Below, one piece after another: positions 1 to 13,409 of a stretch of 64,000 nucleotides of DNA. The DNA comes from Octopus vulgaris (taxonomy: Eukaryota): assembly GCA_951406725.2 (NCBI GenBank), contig OX597835.1, forward strand, positions 33,232,001 to 33,296,000, written 5' to 3'. Numbering within the stretch: the stretch's first letter is position 1; each line of letters begins with the position of its first letter. The notes beneath the pieces are model-generated. The model was given only the letters and a program-made list of their open reading frames with translations. It was not told where the DNA came from and ran no database searches. A program made the position numbers and the translations under genes.

Positions 1-1077
1 ATAGCTCTACATAGGTCTACAGAAATTCCTACTTCATAAGCAAGGAAATCTGATACAAATTACCACAAAACACGAACAAAACAAAAAAAAACTGTTTTCA
101 CTTTTTAAGGAAGCTGAAAAATACTAAAAAGAAATCATAGTACCTAACAACTATGAAGAAACAACAAAAGCTATAAAACAACTTAAATCCAAACTAAACC
201 TGGAACAGCGACGGATTATGGTAAAACATGGCAATTATTGGATTAAACTAAACAGAAAAGAAATAGACAAAGCAAAATCCCAACAATGGCTGTGAAGCTC
301 AGGACTCAACGTAGAGCCTGAAGGATTTCTAACGGCAGCATGAGATCAAAGCCTTCCCAGCAGAAATCACTACAATCATGTAATGAAAAGAAATACAAGT
401 AACTGCAGAATATGTGGAGATGGGGAAGAATCAATAAATAATCTTGCTTGTGGCTGCCCAGTCCTGAATAAGAAAGAATATATTCAAAGACACGACTGAG
501 TTCGAACCTATATACACTGGATGCTATGCCAACACTATTGAATAACAACAGAAAAAAGATGGTATAGGCACACACCTGAAAAGGTCACAAAAAATGAGAA
601 AGCAACTATACTCTTCGGATATGCCAGTACACACAGATAAAGAAATTAAGGCCAATAGACCGGATATAGTTGTCAGATATATCTCGAACAGATGCATCAG
701 TGTCAACGGATGATGACGTTTCTCTAAAAGAAACGGAAAAAACTTTCAAAATACAAAGATATTTTAAAAGAGGTAACTCGAATATGGGGGTCTAAAAGCA
801 GAAGCAATTCCTATCATAACAGGCGCGTTATGTATGATAAAGTATATTCAGACAAATACATAACAAAAGCACCAGGACTTACAAGCATACATCACATACA
901 GAAAATAATACAACCAGGCACTGTACACACCCTACATACAACACTTTCAAGGCAGTAAAAATAAGAGCATCAAACAACACCATTGCACATATCCGAATTC
1001 ATCCGGCCGTTCTTGAGATATCAACCAAGCAAACAAGCACGACTGAAAACTATACCTCCGTCTTAGCGAAGGTGGAG
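1..1077 (+). mobile_element. Decayed 3' part of an R4/Dong-type non-LTR retrotransposon (CCHC knuckle + restriction-like endonuclease), ending in (TAA)n
   Basis: Manual translation across stops/frameshifts gives EGFLTAA-DQSLP, CRICGDGEES, CPVLNKKEYIQRHD, WYRHTPEKVT, DMPVHTDKEIKANRPDIVV and AIPIITGAL, which are RLE-clade C-terminal motifs. (TAA)n follows directly. Homologous to 57144-58745 (-). Confidence 0.85.
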
Positions 1078-1112
1078 GTAATAATAATAATAATAATGAT
1101 AATAATAATAAC

Positions 1113-1165
<53 letters not shown>
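1078..1165. repeat. (TAA)n microsatellite
   Basis: Directly visible. Confidence 0.95.
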
Positions 1166-1167
<2 letters not shown>

Positions 1168-1721
1168 GCCCTGATGCAGTACCAGGCAGTGGCTCTCATG
1201 GCTTCTGATCTTAACTGATTGGAAGTGTTATCATGTACATTGTTCTGTCTTGGTATAAAAGATGGGCTACAGCAAATATTCTGTTCAATACCACAGATTT
1301 GCTTGTCAGTTGTTTGACCTTAACCAGTTGACCATGTCCCTTAGTGGCTGACGATATGTGCATCTCTGATCACGAGCAGAAGTAGTGGGGGAGCATCATA
1401 GCCATGTGTTGAGAGGGATTCTTTGGGGTTTGAATAATTCACCTCTGGAGATTGGGGTGGTTTTTTCAACATCCTTAAACAACCCTTATTCAGGGACCGT
1501 TTGAGCGGGATGGGCTACTCAACCTGAAGGAAATTCTAACTGGGCCCCACCTGCAAGGTCATGTGCAGTTTATCCTGATATGAGATCACCATGTCGCGCA
1601 CATATGGTTGTGATGCATGTGCCTGGTGTGCCCTTATCAGACGGGTAGTCATGATGGGTATACTGGGCTTCGTATATTTTACCCCAGTGTCACTTTGACG
1701 GCATGAACTGCTCTTTCACTC
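1166..1721 (+). mobile_element. 556-bp non-coding interspersed element embedded in (TAA)n, copy 1
   Basis: Near-identical reverse-complement copies at 56496-57051 and 58770-59319; TAA repeats on both sides. Confidence 0.85.
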
Positions 1722-2278
1722 AATAATAATAATAATAATAATATGAATAATATAATAGATATGTGGATGTCCGCTTTGTAGTTGATAAATGCATCGCCGG
1801 TGTACAAGGAGACAATTCGCACATATGTGTGCGTATGTGTGTGTGTATATATATATGTACGTGTGTGTGTGTGTGTGTGTTATATTATACTGTATTATGT
1901 TATATATACAGAGAGATAGAGAAAGATAGAAATGGTATGAATTCGAAAACGAATAGAGTTAGAAACAAGATTTAATGAAGAAGTAAATATTCGCAACATC
2001 TATGTTAGATATGTTAAATTTAGCAGAAATTTTCTTATACATTAATGAAGAGAAGAACTATTTTCGCTCGAGAATGTCTTGAAATGAGCCACAGAACACA
2101 AGGCATCCACAGTGAAATATAAGCTAATGGATGAACGAAAACGAAAGAATATTAAGCTATTTCTAACATGCATGGAAATTGATCTCCGGTGTGATAAATG
2201 TTTCGGAAACTTAGTATTGACATCTTTGAACAAATTAGTTACTGTGTAATTTCCAAAAAGACATATTTCTCCCCGCCA

Positions 2279-2365
<87 letters not shown>

Positions 2366-2380
2366 TCTCTCCTTCTCTCT
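2279..2380. repeat. (CT)n microsatellite
   Basis: Directly visible. Confidence 0.95.
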
Positions 2381-2682
2381 GTGGTTTGAAATTTCCCAAC
2401 GACGTCATTGAATTAAATAGTTACTCAGGGAATATTAAATAAATTCGTTGCATCCGCGCGCACACATACACTCACAGAGGCAATTACATACATTTCTCAA
2501 TTATATATACATATGTGTGTGTTTGTGTATGGTAACATGTATGTATGGTTATACGTGTGAGTGTATATATATATGTATACATACATATTGTTATAGTTTT
2601 ACGACCTTCCGTATGTATTCACATTAATCTACCTCTTTCTCTAACTCTTTCTTAAACACTTTCTCTCCCCCCTTCTCTTCTT

Positions 2683-2820
2683 GTATGTATATATATATAT
2701 ATATATACAGATAGATAGATAGATATATAGATATACATATACATATAGATAGATAGATATAGACTGATAGATATAGATAGATATAGATAAATAGATATAG
2801 ATAGATAGGGATAGATAGAA

Positions 2821-2907
<87 letters not shown>

Positions 2908-3000
2908 GATTGATATAGGTAGATAGATAGATACATATATACATGCATGCATACATACATACATACATACATACTTACATACATACATACACACATATAT
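2683..3000. repeat. Compound (TA)n/(GATA)n/(CATA)n microsatellite
   Basis: Directly visible. Confidence 0.95.
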
Positions 3001-3412
3001 GAATATCGAGAAAACATGTACATAGAGGTATGCAGATTTCTATGCACATGTATATACACATTGCATATATGTATATATATATATCTATGTGAACATGTAT
3101 AGATATAATATATGTGTTTGCGTGCGTGCGTATGTGTGTTTATATAAGTATATATATGTGCACACGTACACCACATTTGCTAATTTGCAATCAATACTTT
3201 GACATACATTAAACATACTTGAAACGCAGTATATTAAATTTGTCTCTGTTTTCAACCAATAAAATTACAGAGAATCGTATAAGTGGTCATGGAAAGTAGT
3301 CACATGTTTAATACACCTTTTGCAGGTTGAGTGGCAATTGCTGCAGAATAAACTCCAACCAAATTTTCAACAAACTTGAACAAACATTAAGTAGAAATAT
3401 CGTTCATTTCTC

Positions 3413-3419
3413 ATATATA

Positions 3420-3482
<63 letters not shown>

Positions 3483-3519
3483 TATATTTACATATATATA
3501 TATGTATATATATACACAC

Positions 3520-3552
<33 letters not shown>

Positions 3553-3633
3553 TATATATATATGTATATAGATATAGATATACATACACATATATATATA
3601 TATATACATACATATATATAGATATATATATAC

Positions 3634-3682
<49 letters not shown>

Positions 3683-3812
3683 TATATATATGCATATATA
3701 TACATACATATATATATACATATATATGCATATATATATATTCACATATATATATATGCATATATATATATATACATATGTATATATGTACACACACACA
3801 TATATATATATA
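3413..3812. repeat. (TA)n-rich microsatellite
   Basis: Directly visible. Confidence 0.95.
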
Positions 3813-4166
3813 TGATTTACGCATACATAAGCAAGTTTATATGTATATGCCGGTATATATATGTTTAGTGTATTTAATTCGCATATTGACTTCATTCTAT
3901 CAACGAATTTTGGAGACGAATATTAAATGGAAGTTCTGCAATTAGCGTAGTGTGAAAAGAATAGATACACAATATATAGGCATTTACCTAAATACATATA
4001 TAATCGAGTGTTTGTATAAAGTCAACATTACGCTCCACCACCGCTCATGTTTCTTTGAGATATTCAGAAATTCAATATTTCTAATTACGGTGACCAGTGA
4101 ATCGATTTCACTGTAAATAGATATATTTTTCGAAGGCTTGGCAAGCATCACCGCTAGCGGGGACAC

Positions 4167-4221
4167 GCAACCCTGGACTGATGACAGGCAAGACCCAGAA
4201 ACATGCATGTCTTCAGGTTGC
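4167..4221 (+). ncRNA. Type I hammerhead ribozyme motif
   Basis: gcaaccctgga CTGATGA caggcaagaccca GAAAC atgcat GTC ttcaggttgc: conserved core, GTC cleavage triplet, palindromic stem III (acatgcatgt), stem I gcaacc(c)tgga/ttcaggttgc; stem II imperfect. Confidence 0.7.
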
Positions 4222-4624
4222 TAGTCCTAGCTGGTGGGGGTGCTTGCCTCCCCTTTGCAAATATAAGGACACAGGAAATGTGTCAAAGCCGACAGGAAGC
4301 GTCGATGCTTCCTAGGGTTATATATCGGTGGTGTAATTCCCTTTACGGGACTGTCACGTTATGTTGACTTCATACAACCACTCTATCGCTCCACCACCGC
4401 TCTTGACTCGTTGAGACATTTAGAAATTCAATAATTCTAACATATATAATCGTATATTCATATAATCGTAGACACACACATACAGACAGACAGTCATTTA
4501 ACTATGGCCATGGTGGATCACCTGCTGTAGTCAAAGAAATCGACCACACAGACTCGTTCTTGGTAAGACTGTTACTTATTCAATCGGACGTTTTTGCCGA
4601 ACCGCTATGTTTCGACGATGCAAG

Positions 4625-4789
4625 CGCGGCTGTATGTTAAGAAGCCTGCTTCCCTACCACGTGGTTTTAGGTTCAGTGTTACTGCGTTGCACCTTAGGCA
4701 AGTGTCTCTTGCCATAGCCTCACGGTGATCAGAAACTTTTCAGTGAATTTGGTAGATGGAAGCTTAAAGCAGACCCTCATTTATATACG

Positions 4790-4828
<39 letters not shown>

Positions 4829-5124
4829 ATCACGCGACCGACCAGGTTATCAGATGTTGTTACACATCGCTGGTCACAATGCGCTTCGCATTGTTTTAGT
4901 CTTCAAATGACGCCACTCCGCTGGCTAAGCGAGCAGGCAAACAGAAGAAAGAGTGAGAGAAAGTTGTGGCGAAATAGTACAGCAGGGATCGCCACCACCC
5001 CCTGCCGGAGTCTCGTAGAGCTTTAGGTGTTTTCGCTCAATAAACACACACAATGCCCGGTCTGGGAATCGAAACCGCGAGTCCGCTGCCCTAACCACTG
5101 GGCCATTGCGCCTCCACATGTATG

Positions 5125-5156
<32 letters not shown>

Positions 5157-5365
5157 CCCCCGCCATCGCTTGATAACCGATGCTGGTGTGTTTATGTCAC
5201 CGTAACTTAGCGGTTCGGCAAAATACACTGATAGAATAAATGCTTTAACGAATAGGCTTGCAATGAATAAGTTTTGGGGTTGATATCTCCGATTATGAGC
5301 TTTTAAGTCGATGCTCCACCATGGCCGCAGTCAAATGATTAAAACAAGTACAGGAATAAAAGAAC
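4625..5365 (+). mobile_element. Degenerate tRNA-headed SINE family A, interrupted at its internal microsatellite by a family C SINE
   Basis: 5' half at 4625-4795 and 3' half at 5150-5365 match the intact copy at 19455-19875. Confidence 0.7.
4829..5119 (-). mobile_element. tRNA-headed SINE family C
   Basis: Minus strand starts gtggaggcgcaatggcccagtggttagggc...gtttcgattcc (A/B-box like); second copy at 45086-45388. Confidence 0.85.
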
Positions 5366-5407
5366 AGGAATTGAAAAATGCCCGCTGCATGTATATATGT
5401 ATATATC

Positions 5408-5438
<31 letters not shown>

Positions 5439-6575
5439 ATTTGTTACCCCTAACAGCTTGACAACTGGTGCTGGTGTGTTTACATATATGCAAATATATA
5501 TGTATTACATACGTATGTGACCGGCTCGGGATGGCATCATTCGAAAACTAAGGATTACACAAAGCGCATTGTGACTAGTGATGTATATAACAGCGTCCGT
5601 AAGTGTAGCCGATGACGTGATCACGAAGTGTGTGTATGTATATTCTCTTTGTTTCTAGTTCAGAGTACATTGCGACTGGCCACCTACTTGGTAGCAAGGT
5701 TGTGAAGGAAGGTGTCTTGTTTTAACCATAGTTCTTTAAATCTTAAGGTCTTGCGCAGGGTTTTATAGTCCCAGATATCGTGATCAATTGTAGTGCACGA
5801 ATTACGGATTCGCAATTCCTCCCCGAGGTCCCAAGTCTACCATACTTTGCTCCAGACGGGCATATATGTTTGTATGTATGTATGTATATATGTACGTTTG
5901 TATATATGCATTCATTTATATAGGTTTCTGTATGTGCGTGTCTCATCGTTTCACAACCGATGGTGATTTTTATTATGTATCAAGATAGTCCGATAGAAAA
6001 TGAACCAGATTTAAAGACAAAGCACTTTAAGACAGAAAATATGATATGAAAATCAATACAGATGGAAATAATTGGGGAGTAGTTTTATGTTTTACAAATG
6101 TATTGATTTGTTCCAGCAAATACAAAGAATATTACACGATTTTATATCTTCATTTAATACTAAATATATTCTTTTAATATGCTTTTCTACAGTTTCCTTC
6201 TACCAAATCCACTCACAAGGCTTTGGTCGGCGAGAGGCTATAGTATAAGTTACTTGCCCAAGGTCACACGCAATGGGACTGAACCCGGAACCATGTGGTT
6301 TGTAAGCAAGCTACTTACGACACATGTGCTTTTTATTTTCGAAATTTTGAAATAGCATCGCGTGTGGTTTAATCGTGAATTGATTCTATTTTTTTCATCT
6401 TTTCTTGTCCCCTTTAAGCAGTCATCCAAAATATTGGTGACTCTCATTAGTGTCTAGTGTAAGCATGGCTGTGTGGGTAAAATGATTGCTGTGCAAACCC
6501 TTAGTTTCGGGTTCAGTACCACCTCGTGGCAGATGGGGAAGTGTCTTCTATTATAGCACCGGGCTAACCAATGCA

Positions 6576-6988
6576 TTTACTTTTTACTTGTTTCAGTCAT
6601 TTGACTTTGGTCATGCTGGAGCACCGCCTTTTGTCGAGCAAATCGACCATAGGACCTATTCTTTGTAAGCCTAGTACTTATTATATCGGTCTCTTTTGCC
6701 GAACCGCTAATTTACAGGGACGTAAACACGCCAGCATCGGTTGTCAAGGGATGTTGGGGGGAAAAACACAGACACACAAAGACACACACGCACATATATA
6801 TACATATACATATACATATTTATATACGGCGGGCTTCTTTCAGTTTCCGTCTACCGAATCCACGCACAAGGCTTTGGTCGGCCCAAGATTATAGTAAAAG
6901 ACACTTGCCCAAGGTGCCACGCCGTGGGAATGAACCCGGAACCATGTGGTTGGTAATCAAGCTACTTACCACACAGCCACTCCTGCGC
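6576..6988 (-). mobile_element. SINE family A, near full length (partial copies at 6181-6325 (-), 6465-6570 (+), 7571-7700 (+))
   Basis: Reverse complement of 19455-19875. Confidence 0.85.
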
Positions 6989-8089
6989 ATTGCTAATGAA
7001 TTCAATCGAAGGAAACTGTGGGGTAGCCCATTATATATGTGTGTTTGTTTTTTTTGTGCATCTCCTGCCACCGCCACCGAGTACTGGAGTTAGTTTTGTC
7101 GACAAGGTTTCCCCAGCATCTCTTCAGTCCAATGACTTAAAACAAGGAAAAGATAAATGAAAGAAGTCCTACTCTACATGCTGTAAAGAAAACAATTCTC
7201 AGCTGTTTCCGTTGTCTAGTCTAGACTTTCGCAGACGTCAGATGTAAACAGGTTCACTACGCACACAGCGATATCAAGCTGAAATTTGATGCTTTTGTTG
7301 TTGTTTCTTTTAAAATTTCTCTCATAAAGTGAGTTATTAAGCATATATTTCCTTCATCACCTTTCATACTATGTTAACAATAACAATCTTAATTTTATCT
7401 TTTATCTGTTCACTTCTTTAACTTTCATTTATTTGAGCATGCAAGACACCACCTTGAAAAATTTAGTTATATAGGCAGATATAATCGTAGCAATGGATCT
7501 GGTCATCCATGAAGAAAACTAGACGAAAACAGCTATTGTGAACCTTAAAAAAAACTCATTTGTGTTTTATAGGCGTAGGAGTGGCTGTGTGGTTACCAAC
7601 TACATGGTTCTAGGTTCAGTCTCACTGCGTGGAACCTTGGGCAAATGTCTTCTACTATAGCCTCGGGCCGACCAAAGACTTGTGAATGGATTTAGTAGAC
7701 TCATAATACACACATCAGGACTAAATGACACACTGCATTTTATCCAAGAGGTGAAGGAATCGATGAATTCGTAAGCTCATGTGGGCGAGAGCTCAGAGCC
7801 AGAAATATGTACATCTGTTACATATCAGATATCATTTCAAAAATGTTTTAATATGTTTACATATTTTGTGTTCGTATCTATAGCATAAAAAACTTGTTAA
7901 TCTTTTGGTATGCCGTCTATTTATGTCTATTTAGTTGGTTTTCAAAGAACATGTTCTTTATCAGTCTAAAAGAATTCTTGAAGATAAGGAATACGTACTC
8001 ACACACACAAGCACGCACGCATATGCACATAAACACACACACAAGCACGCTCGCATATGCACAGACAGAAATACAAACCTACAAAGAAA

Positions 8090-8476
<387 letters not shown>

Positions 8477-8761
8477 GCACAGAATTTGTAATTGAAATGA
8501 AACAGATTTTGTTAGGAATATCAAAGAAACGATAATGCATTTTAAGATGCAAGTGGAAAGAAATGAATATAAATGTACGGAATATTAGTAAAATTTCCTC
8601 GATTTCGAACTGACAATGAGCTGTGAAATAATCAGTGACGTATGAAAAACAGTTCAACTGTTATGAGATTAGCAGTTATGTGATGCGCATATGCTGCAAT
8701 GAACTGTTTGGCAGCATAAAACTACCTAAATGGAAATATTCGTCAATATTCATCATTTGGA

Positions 8762-8975
8762 AGGCAACGAGCTGGCAAAAGCGTCAGCACGCCGGGCAAT
8801 GAACTTAGCGGTATCTCGTCCGTCTTTACGTTCTGAGTTCAAATTCCGCTGAGGTCGACTTTGCCTTTTACTCTTTTGGGGTCGATGAAGTAAATACAAG
8901 TCGATCACAGGAATCAATGTAATCAACCTTACTCCTTCCTGAATTTGCTACACTTGTGCCAAAATTTGTAGCCAT
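8762..8975 (+). mobile_element. tRNA-headed SINE family B
   Basis: ggcaacgagctggc...gttctgagttcaaattcc...; matches 25120-25355. Confidence 0.8.
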
Positions 8976-9243
8976 TATAATTGTCACTAAACATGACTAG
9001 AGTGTTAGAAGAACCTAAATTGCTAGAAATAAGAGCTAAAAAGCTCTAGTGTTGTAGTTAAAGCACATAATTGTACACATATATTCTGACAGGGGCTATA
9101 ATCGCCCGAAAACACCGATTGAGAATTCCTTATATTGACCGCTATATATGGCCAAAGAAGAAAAATGGACAGCTTAAACTCTCTTACACGCGTTTTCATA
9201 ACGTAGTCATTTTTTTCAGTAATGCATAAACTTACAAGGTATT

Positions 9244-9296
9244 ACGTAACATTGCGCTGTTTCACAAAACACGCCGTTTCATCAGGCAACGCTACG
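9244..9296 (-). ncRNA. Degenerate hammerhead-like motif
   Basis: Minus strand: acgtagcgttgc CTGATGA aacggcgtgttttgt GAAAC agc gcaatgttacgt; 12-bp stem I encloses the core, but the NUH triplet is not canonical. Confidence 0.45.
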
Positions 9297-9364
9297 TTTT
9301 TTAGTAGCAAATAAATATAGCAAAATTTTAGCGCTATCAATTCTTGGACCTAAATATATTCTTT

Positions 9365-9560
9365 TCGACTCTAGGCACAAGGCCAGAAATTTTGAGGGAG
9401 GGGTTAGATCGACCCCAGTACGCAACTGGTATTTAATTTATCGACCCGAAATGATGAAAGCAGAGTCGACCATGGCGGAATTTGAACTCAGAACGTAAAG
9501 ATAGACGAAATACTGCTAAGCATTTCGCCCAGCATGCTAACGTTCTGCCAGCTCGCCTCC
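9365..9560 (-). mobile_element. SINE family B
   Basis: Reverse complement of the family B consensus. Confidence 0.8.
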
Positions 9561-10120
9561 TTAATATATTGTACACTCTGTAATATGTGTATCGCCCCGT
9601 TGCTGCATGCATTGACTCACAGAATGATTAATATCATTATAAAAGGGTTTATCATTGCACTGACATCCAGATTGACTGGTTGATTGATTTAGGAGTATCC
9701 AAATATTTTTCCAGAAGACACGCTTGGCCTGCTACATGTGGAGCGCTCCGAAATTAATTGCCAGGATCACTTAGATCTTCTCTCTTTAATAATGTTTGTG
9801 TATGTGTGTGAATGTGCGCTCGCGCGTTAATGTATATATAGTGCGTGTTATACACAATATTTCATCATATTCATGTGTGCAATGTATATGTTATACATGA
9901 CACCTCATCATCATGTGTGTGTGTGATTTGTATGTGTATAATACATGTTGTACTTTACACTTCCCACACGTACATGCACACACAACCACACACTCCATCA
10001 CGCGCACATTCACATACATGTATGCCTGTGTGTTTGTATACATATGTGCGTGTTTGTGTACGTACATACATACATGCACATATATACATACATATACACA
10101 TTTATGTATATATATATATA

Positions 10121-10367
10121 TACCGGAGTAAACACATAAATGTGAAACAAGGTGGAAAAAAGAGTACTCAAATACCAGTGGTAGAGTAATATGCTTTATT
10201 TTAAGCAGCAGAAAATTCAACAAAATCTGTTACTCTGAGTTTCTCGTTGCCGTTCATCAGACAGTTTTTGCTGTTCATCAGACAATTCTAGCAAAAACTG
10301 TCTGATGAACAGCAACGAGAAACTCAGAGTAACAGATTTTGTTGAATTTTCTGCTGCTTAAAATAAA

Positions 10368-10373
<6 letters not shown>
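10121..10373. mobile_element. Penelope-like pseudo-LTR remnant: ~84-bp inverted repeat (10189-10272/10290-10373) with a hammerhead core in each arm
   Basis: Near-perfect palindrome; plus strand ctgt CTGATGA acagcaacga GAAAC tcaga GTA acag at 10298-10335, mirrored on the minus strand; (TA)n on both sides. Confidence 0.7.
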
Positions 10374-10424
<51 letters not shown>

Positions 10425-10428
<4 letters not shown>

Positions 10429-10620
10429 ATCCAAACATGAAAGCACAAACAAACACAACAACGCGAGGACGTAGAACAAATATAGTATTATTGGACGCTC
10501 AGAAAAGAAAGAAAGAAGGAGGCCTAAACGTTTCGAGCGGAGCTCTTCGTCGGAAACATAGGAGAAGGAAAGATCCAGAGAAGGGAAGACAGAGGAAAAA
10601 AATAGCCAACGGTACACCAT
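10425..10620 (-). mobile_element. Short element in (TA)n with a minimal hammerhead core (Penelope-like, second family)
   Basis: Minus strand gtttc-CGACGA agagc tcc gctc GAAAC GTT; homologous copy at 14384-14537, related motif at 12768-12803. Confidence 0.6.
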
Positions 10621-11499
10621 ATATATATATATACGCATATATATGTACTAAACAAGAAAATTAAGTGAGCTTTGTATGGATCTGCAACCTACAACAATTG
10701 CCAAATAAATATGCCTCAAATCACCCCATATATATATATTAATTCCTTATACTTTCCGGCAGATTAAAACAAAAATATTCTAATAGCGTTTGTATTTCGT
10801 CATTGGAGATCAACATCTATTTTCAGGCAAATATATGTTCATAACACTCTTGATTCATTATAATTAGGAGAGTTCAGAACATCCGATGTTTCGACTTTGT
10901 TTTGTCTCCTCAGTCAAAGTTACACCGCTCACCAATGAATCTCACAAGGCCTCTTTGGCTCTTGTTTATACATTTAGCAAGTATAATTATGAGTCCGAAA
11001 AAAAAAATAAACACAGAACGGTTATGGTTGGAAAGTCTTATTATAATCTAGGGCAACGTACACACTAATATAAGATTATCAAAAAGCCACACGTGGCTAG
11101 TCAGTTGATGCTGGAGTATGTAATATGGCTTCTAGTATAAAATGCGAAAGCCAGATCTAAAAGCGTTAGCTATAGGTTTGGCCGACAGCGCTGCAGACAT
11201 TGCGATTGGAACGCAAATGACCAGAGGCTACATGAGAACAACAATAACAACAACCACAACAACAAAACATCATGGTGGACTTCGAGTAGTAGTAGTCAAC
11301 TATTAAATGTCCTCCTCGAAATATCACTGAATCAATTTTATGGGAATTTTTTGTCATTCTCTTTATATAGTTTTTATAGATTCCAATATCTAAACAAAAC
11401 GAAACAAAACACAGTGAAACAATGAGTTAAGAAAGAAACATCTGTCTGGGATATGTATGCTTTTTGTATGAAGTAAAACAGACATTTACAAACATACAA

Positions 11500-11562
11500 T
11501 ATATAAACACACACACACACAAAGACACATCAACACACACACACACACAAAGGACACACTGA

Positions 11563-11619
<57 letters not shown>

Positions 11620-11807
11620 GAATATATACATATAAACATATATACATATATATATATACATAGATATTAGATATTTAGATACCATATATATTTCTATGTA
11701 TAACCTTTATATAAAACAAATATATATGTAATACACACATACAGACAGAGGGACAGATACACAGACAGACACACACACATGTATCTATACATATATACGT
11801 ATATACA

Positions 11808-11842
<35 letters not shown>

Positions 11843-11898
11843 ATCATATACACAGACACACACATATATATATGCATGAAGTTGTACGTGAGTATGTT

Positions 11899-11957
<59 letters not shown>

Positions 11958-12115
11958 GTACATACATATATGCGTATATATATACACATGTGTATATATG
12001 TATATATATATGCATGTATGTATGTACGTACACACATACGCACATACAAATATATATATATACACACACACACATCTATACACACGCACACACACATATC
12101 TATATATGTGTGTGA
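11500..12115. repeat. Compound (CA)n/(TA)n microsatellite field
   Basis: Directly visible. Confidence 0.9.
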
Positions 12116-12716
12116 ATGTGCAAGCGTGTGTATTCGGAACAAAACAACAATATACAGGAATGGAGCGATGTTTGTTAACCAAGCAGCAGTCTTCGTCTTA
12201 ATAGACTATTGCTTATTTTATAGTTGTAATCGATTCTAATGTGAAAACGAAATAAATGTAACAGGAAAAATGTAAACAAACAAACGAGACAACACAATAT
12301 ATATAAACTATAGTCATTTCTAAAAGAAAAACTAAAGATTTACTGAATTGTAAAAGCAACAAATTCTAATTGCTGGTGAAATCCTAGTAATTGCTAAAAT
12401 ATATAAATAAATGAGATTTGGACAAATAGGAAGATGTCTCATTTGGAAAAGTAAAAGAAAATACTTGAAGAACTTGAAGAACAGAATAATTGCTTGGAAC
12501 TGTACGGGTGCAGGCTCGGCTGTGTAGGTAAGAATCTCGCTTTGACACCGTGTCGTTACGAGTTCATTGTATGCACCCTGGACAAGTGTCTGCTACCGTA
12601 GCGTGCGGGACGAACAATACTCTGAGTGAATTTCGTTGACAAAAAGTGTCCAGGAGACGATTGTGCGTGTATATAAATAGAGATATACACATATTTGCAT
12701 ATATACATATATGATA

Positions 12717-12890
12717 GATCGCTAGCCACTACACATTATTTTCTCTCCTTGTTTCTCTCTGTCTTCCTTTCTGTGGAAGAGCGAAGGCTCGAAACTTTAA
12801 AGACTTTTTCACTTCCGAGCGTCACACTAATATATCTGTTTGCTGTCTACACTACCTGTCTTCGTCTTTTGTTTTTTTCTGAATTCTCCC
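12717..12890 (+). mobile_element. Short element with a degenerate hammerhead core (Penelope-like)
   Basis: cttt CTGTGGA agagc gaag gctc GAAAC ttt aaag at 12767-12802; TA-rich sequence on both sides. Confidence 0.45.
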
Positions 12891-13409
12891 TGTATATATA
12901 TATATAAATATATACATATAAAAGTAAATAAATGGCACAACGAAGCACCGATATTTACTGGAAAATAGCGAACGTAATAAATACGAGGCTAATGTATAGC
13001 TTCACTGCGTATGTACTAGTAAAGATGCGTGTGTGCAACAAACATGAAAAAAATTGTCTTACCTCTAGGAAGAACATCTGAAAAATGAAAACCTAGAAAC
13101 GGATAATGCAGTACCGGTTTATATGTATAATTTTACATACATATATATATATGTATGTATGTATGTATATATATATATATACATATTCAAAATTTGAATT
13201 AGACGGATAATACCATACTAAATTCTGGTGCCTTTAACCTAAGTACCATATTCAATTGAACCTATATATATATATTTCGCTTAGGCATTGCGAGACAACC
13301 TGGTGTAGAACTTGATATACGTAAGGTCTAGAAAAAATGTCAGATGAGTATAGAGCGGTAATAAGAACAAAGATATGCCACCGACAAAAATCGAAGATTA
13401 TGTCATGAA

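Noticed and set aside
2624-3895. Long ORFs rich in Y/I/C/V/M/H/T (also at 8.1, 11.7, 17.8, 22.0, 48.8, 54.0 and 59.3 kb)
   Set aside because: Translations of stop-free microsatellites in several overlapping frames; no protein signal.
7195-7250. GAAACAGCTG palindrome with a nearby hairpin on the minus strand, hinting at a hammerhead
   Set aside because: CUGANGA core and stem I could not be placed convincingly.
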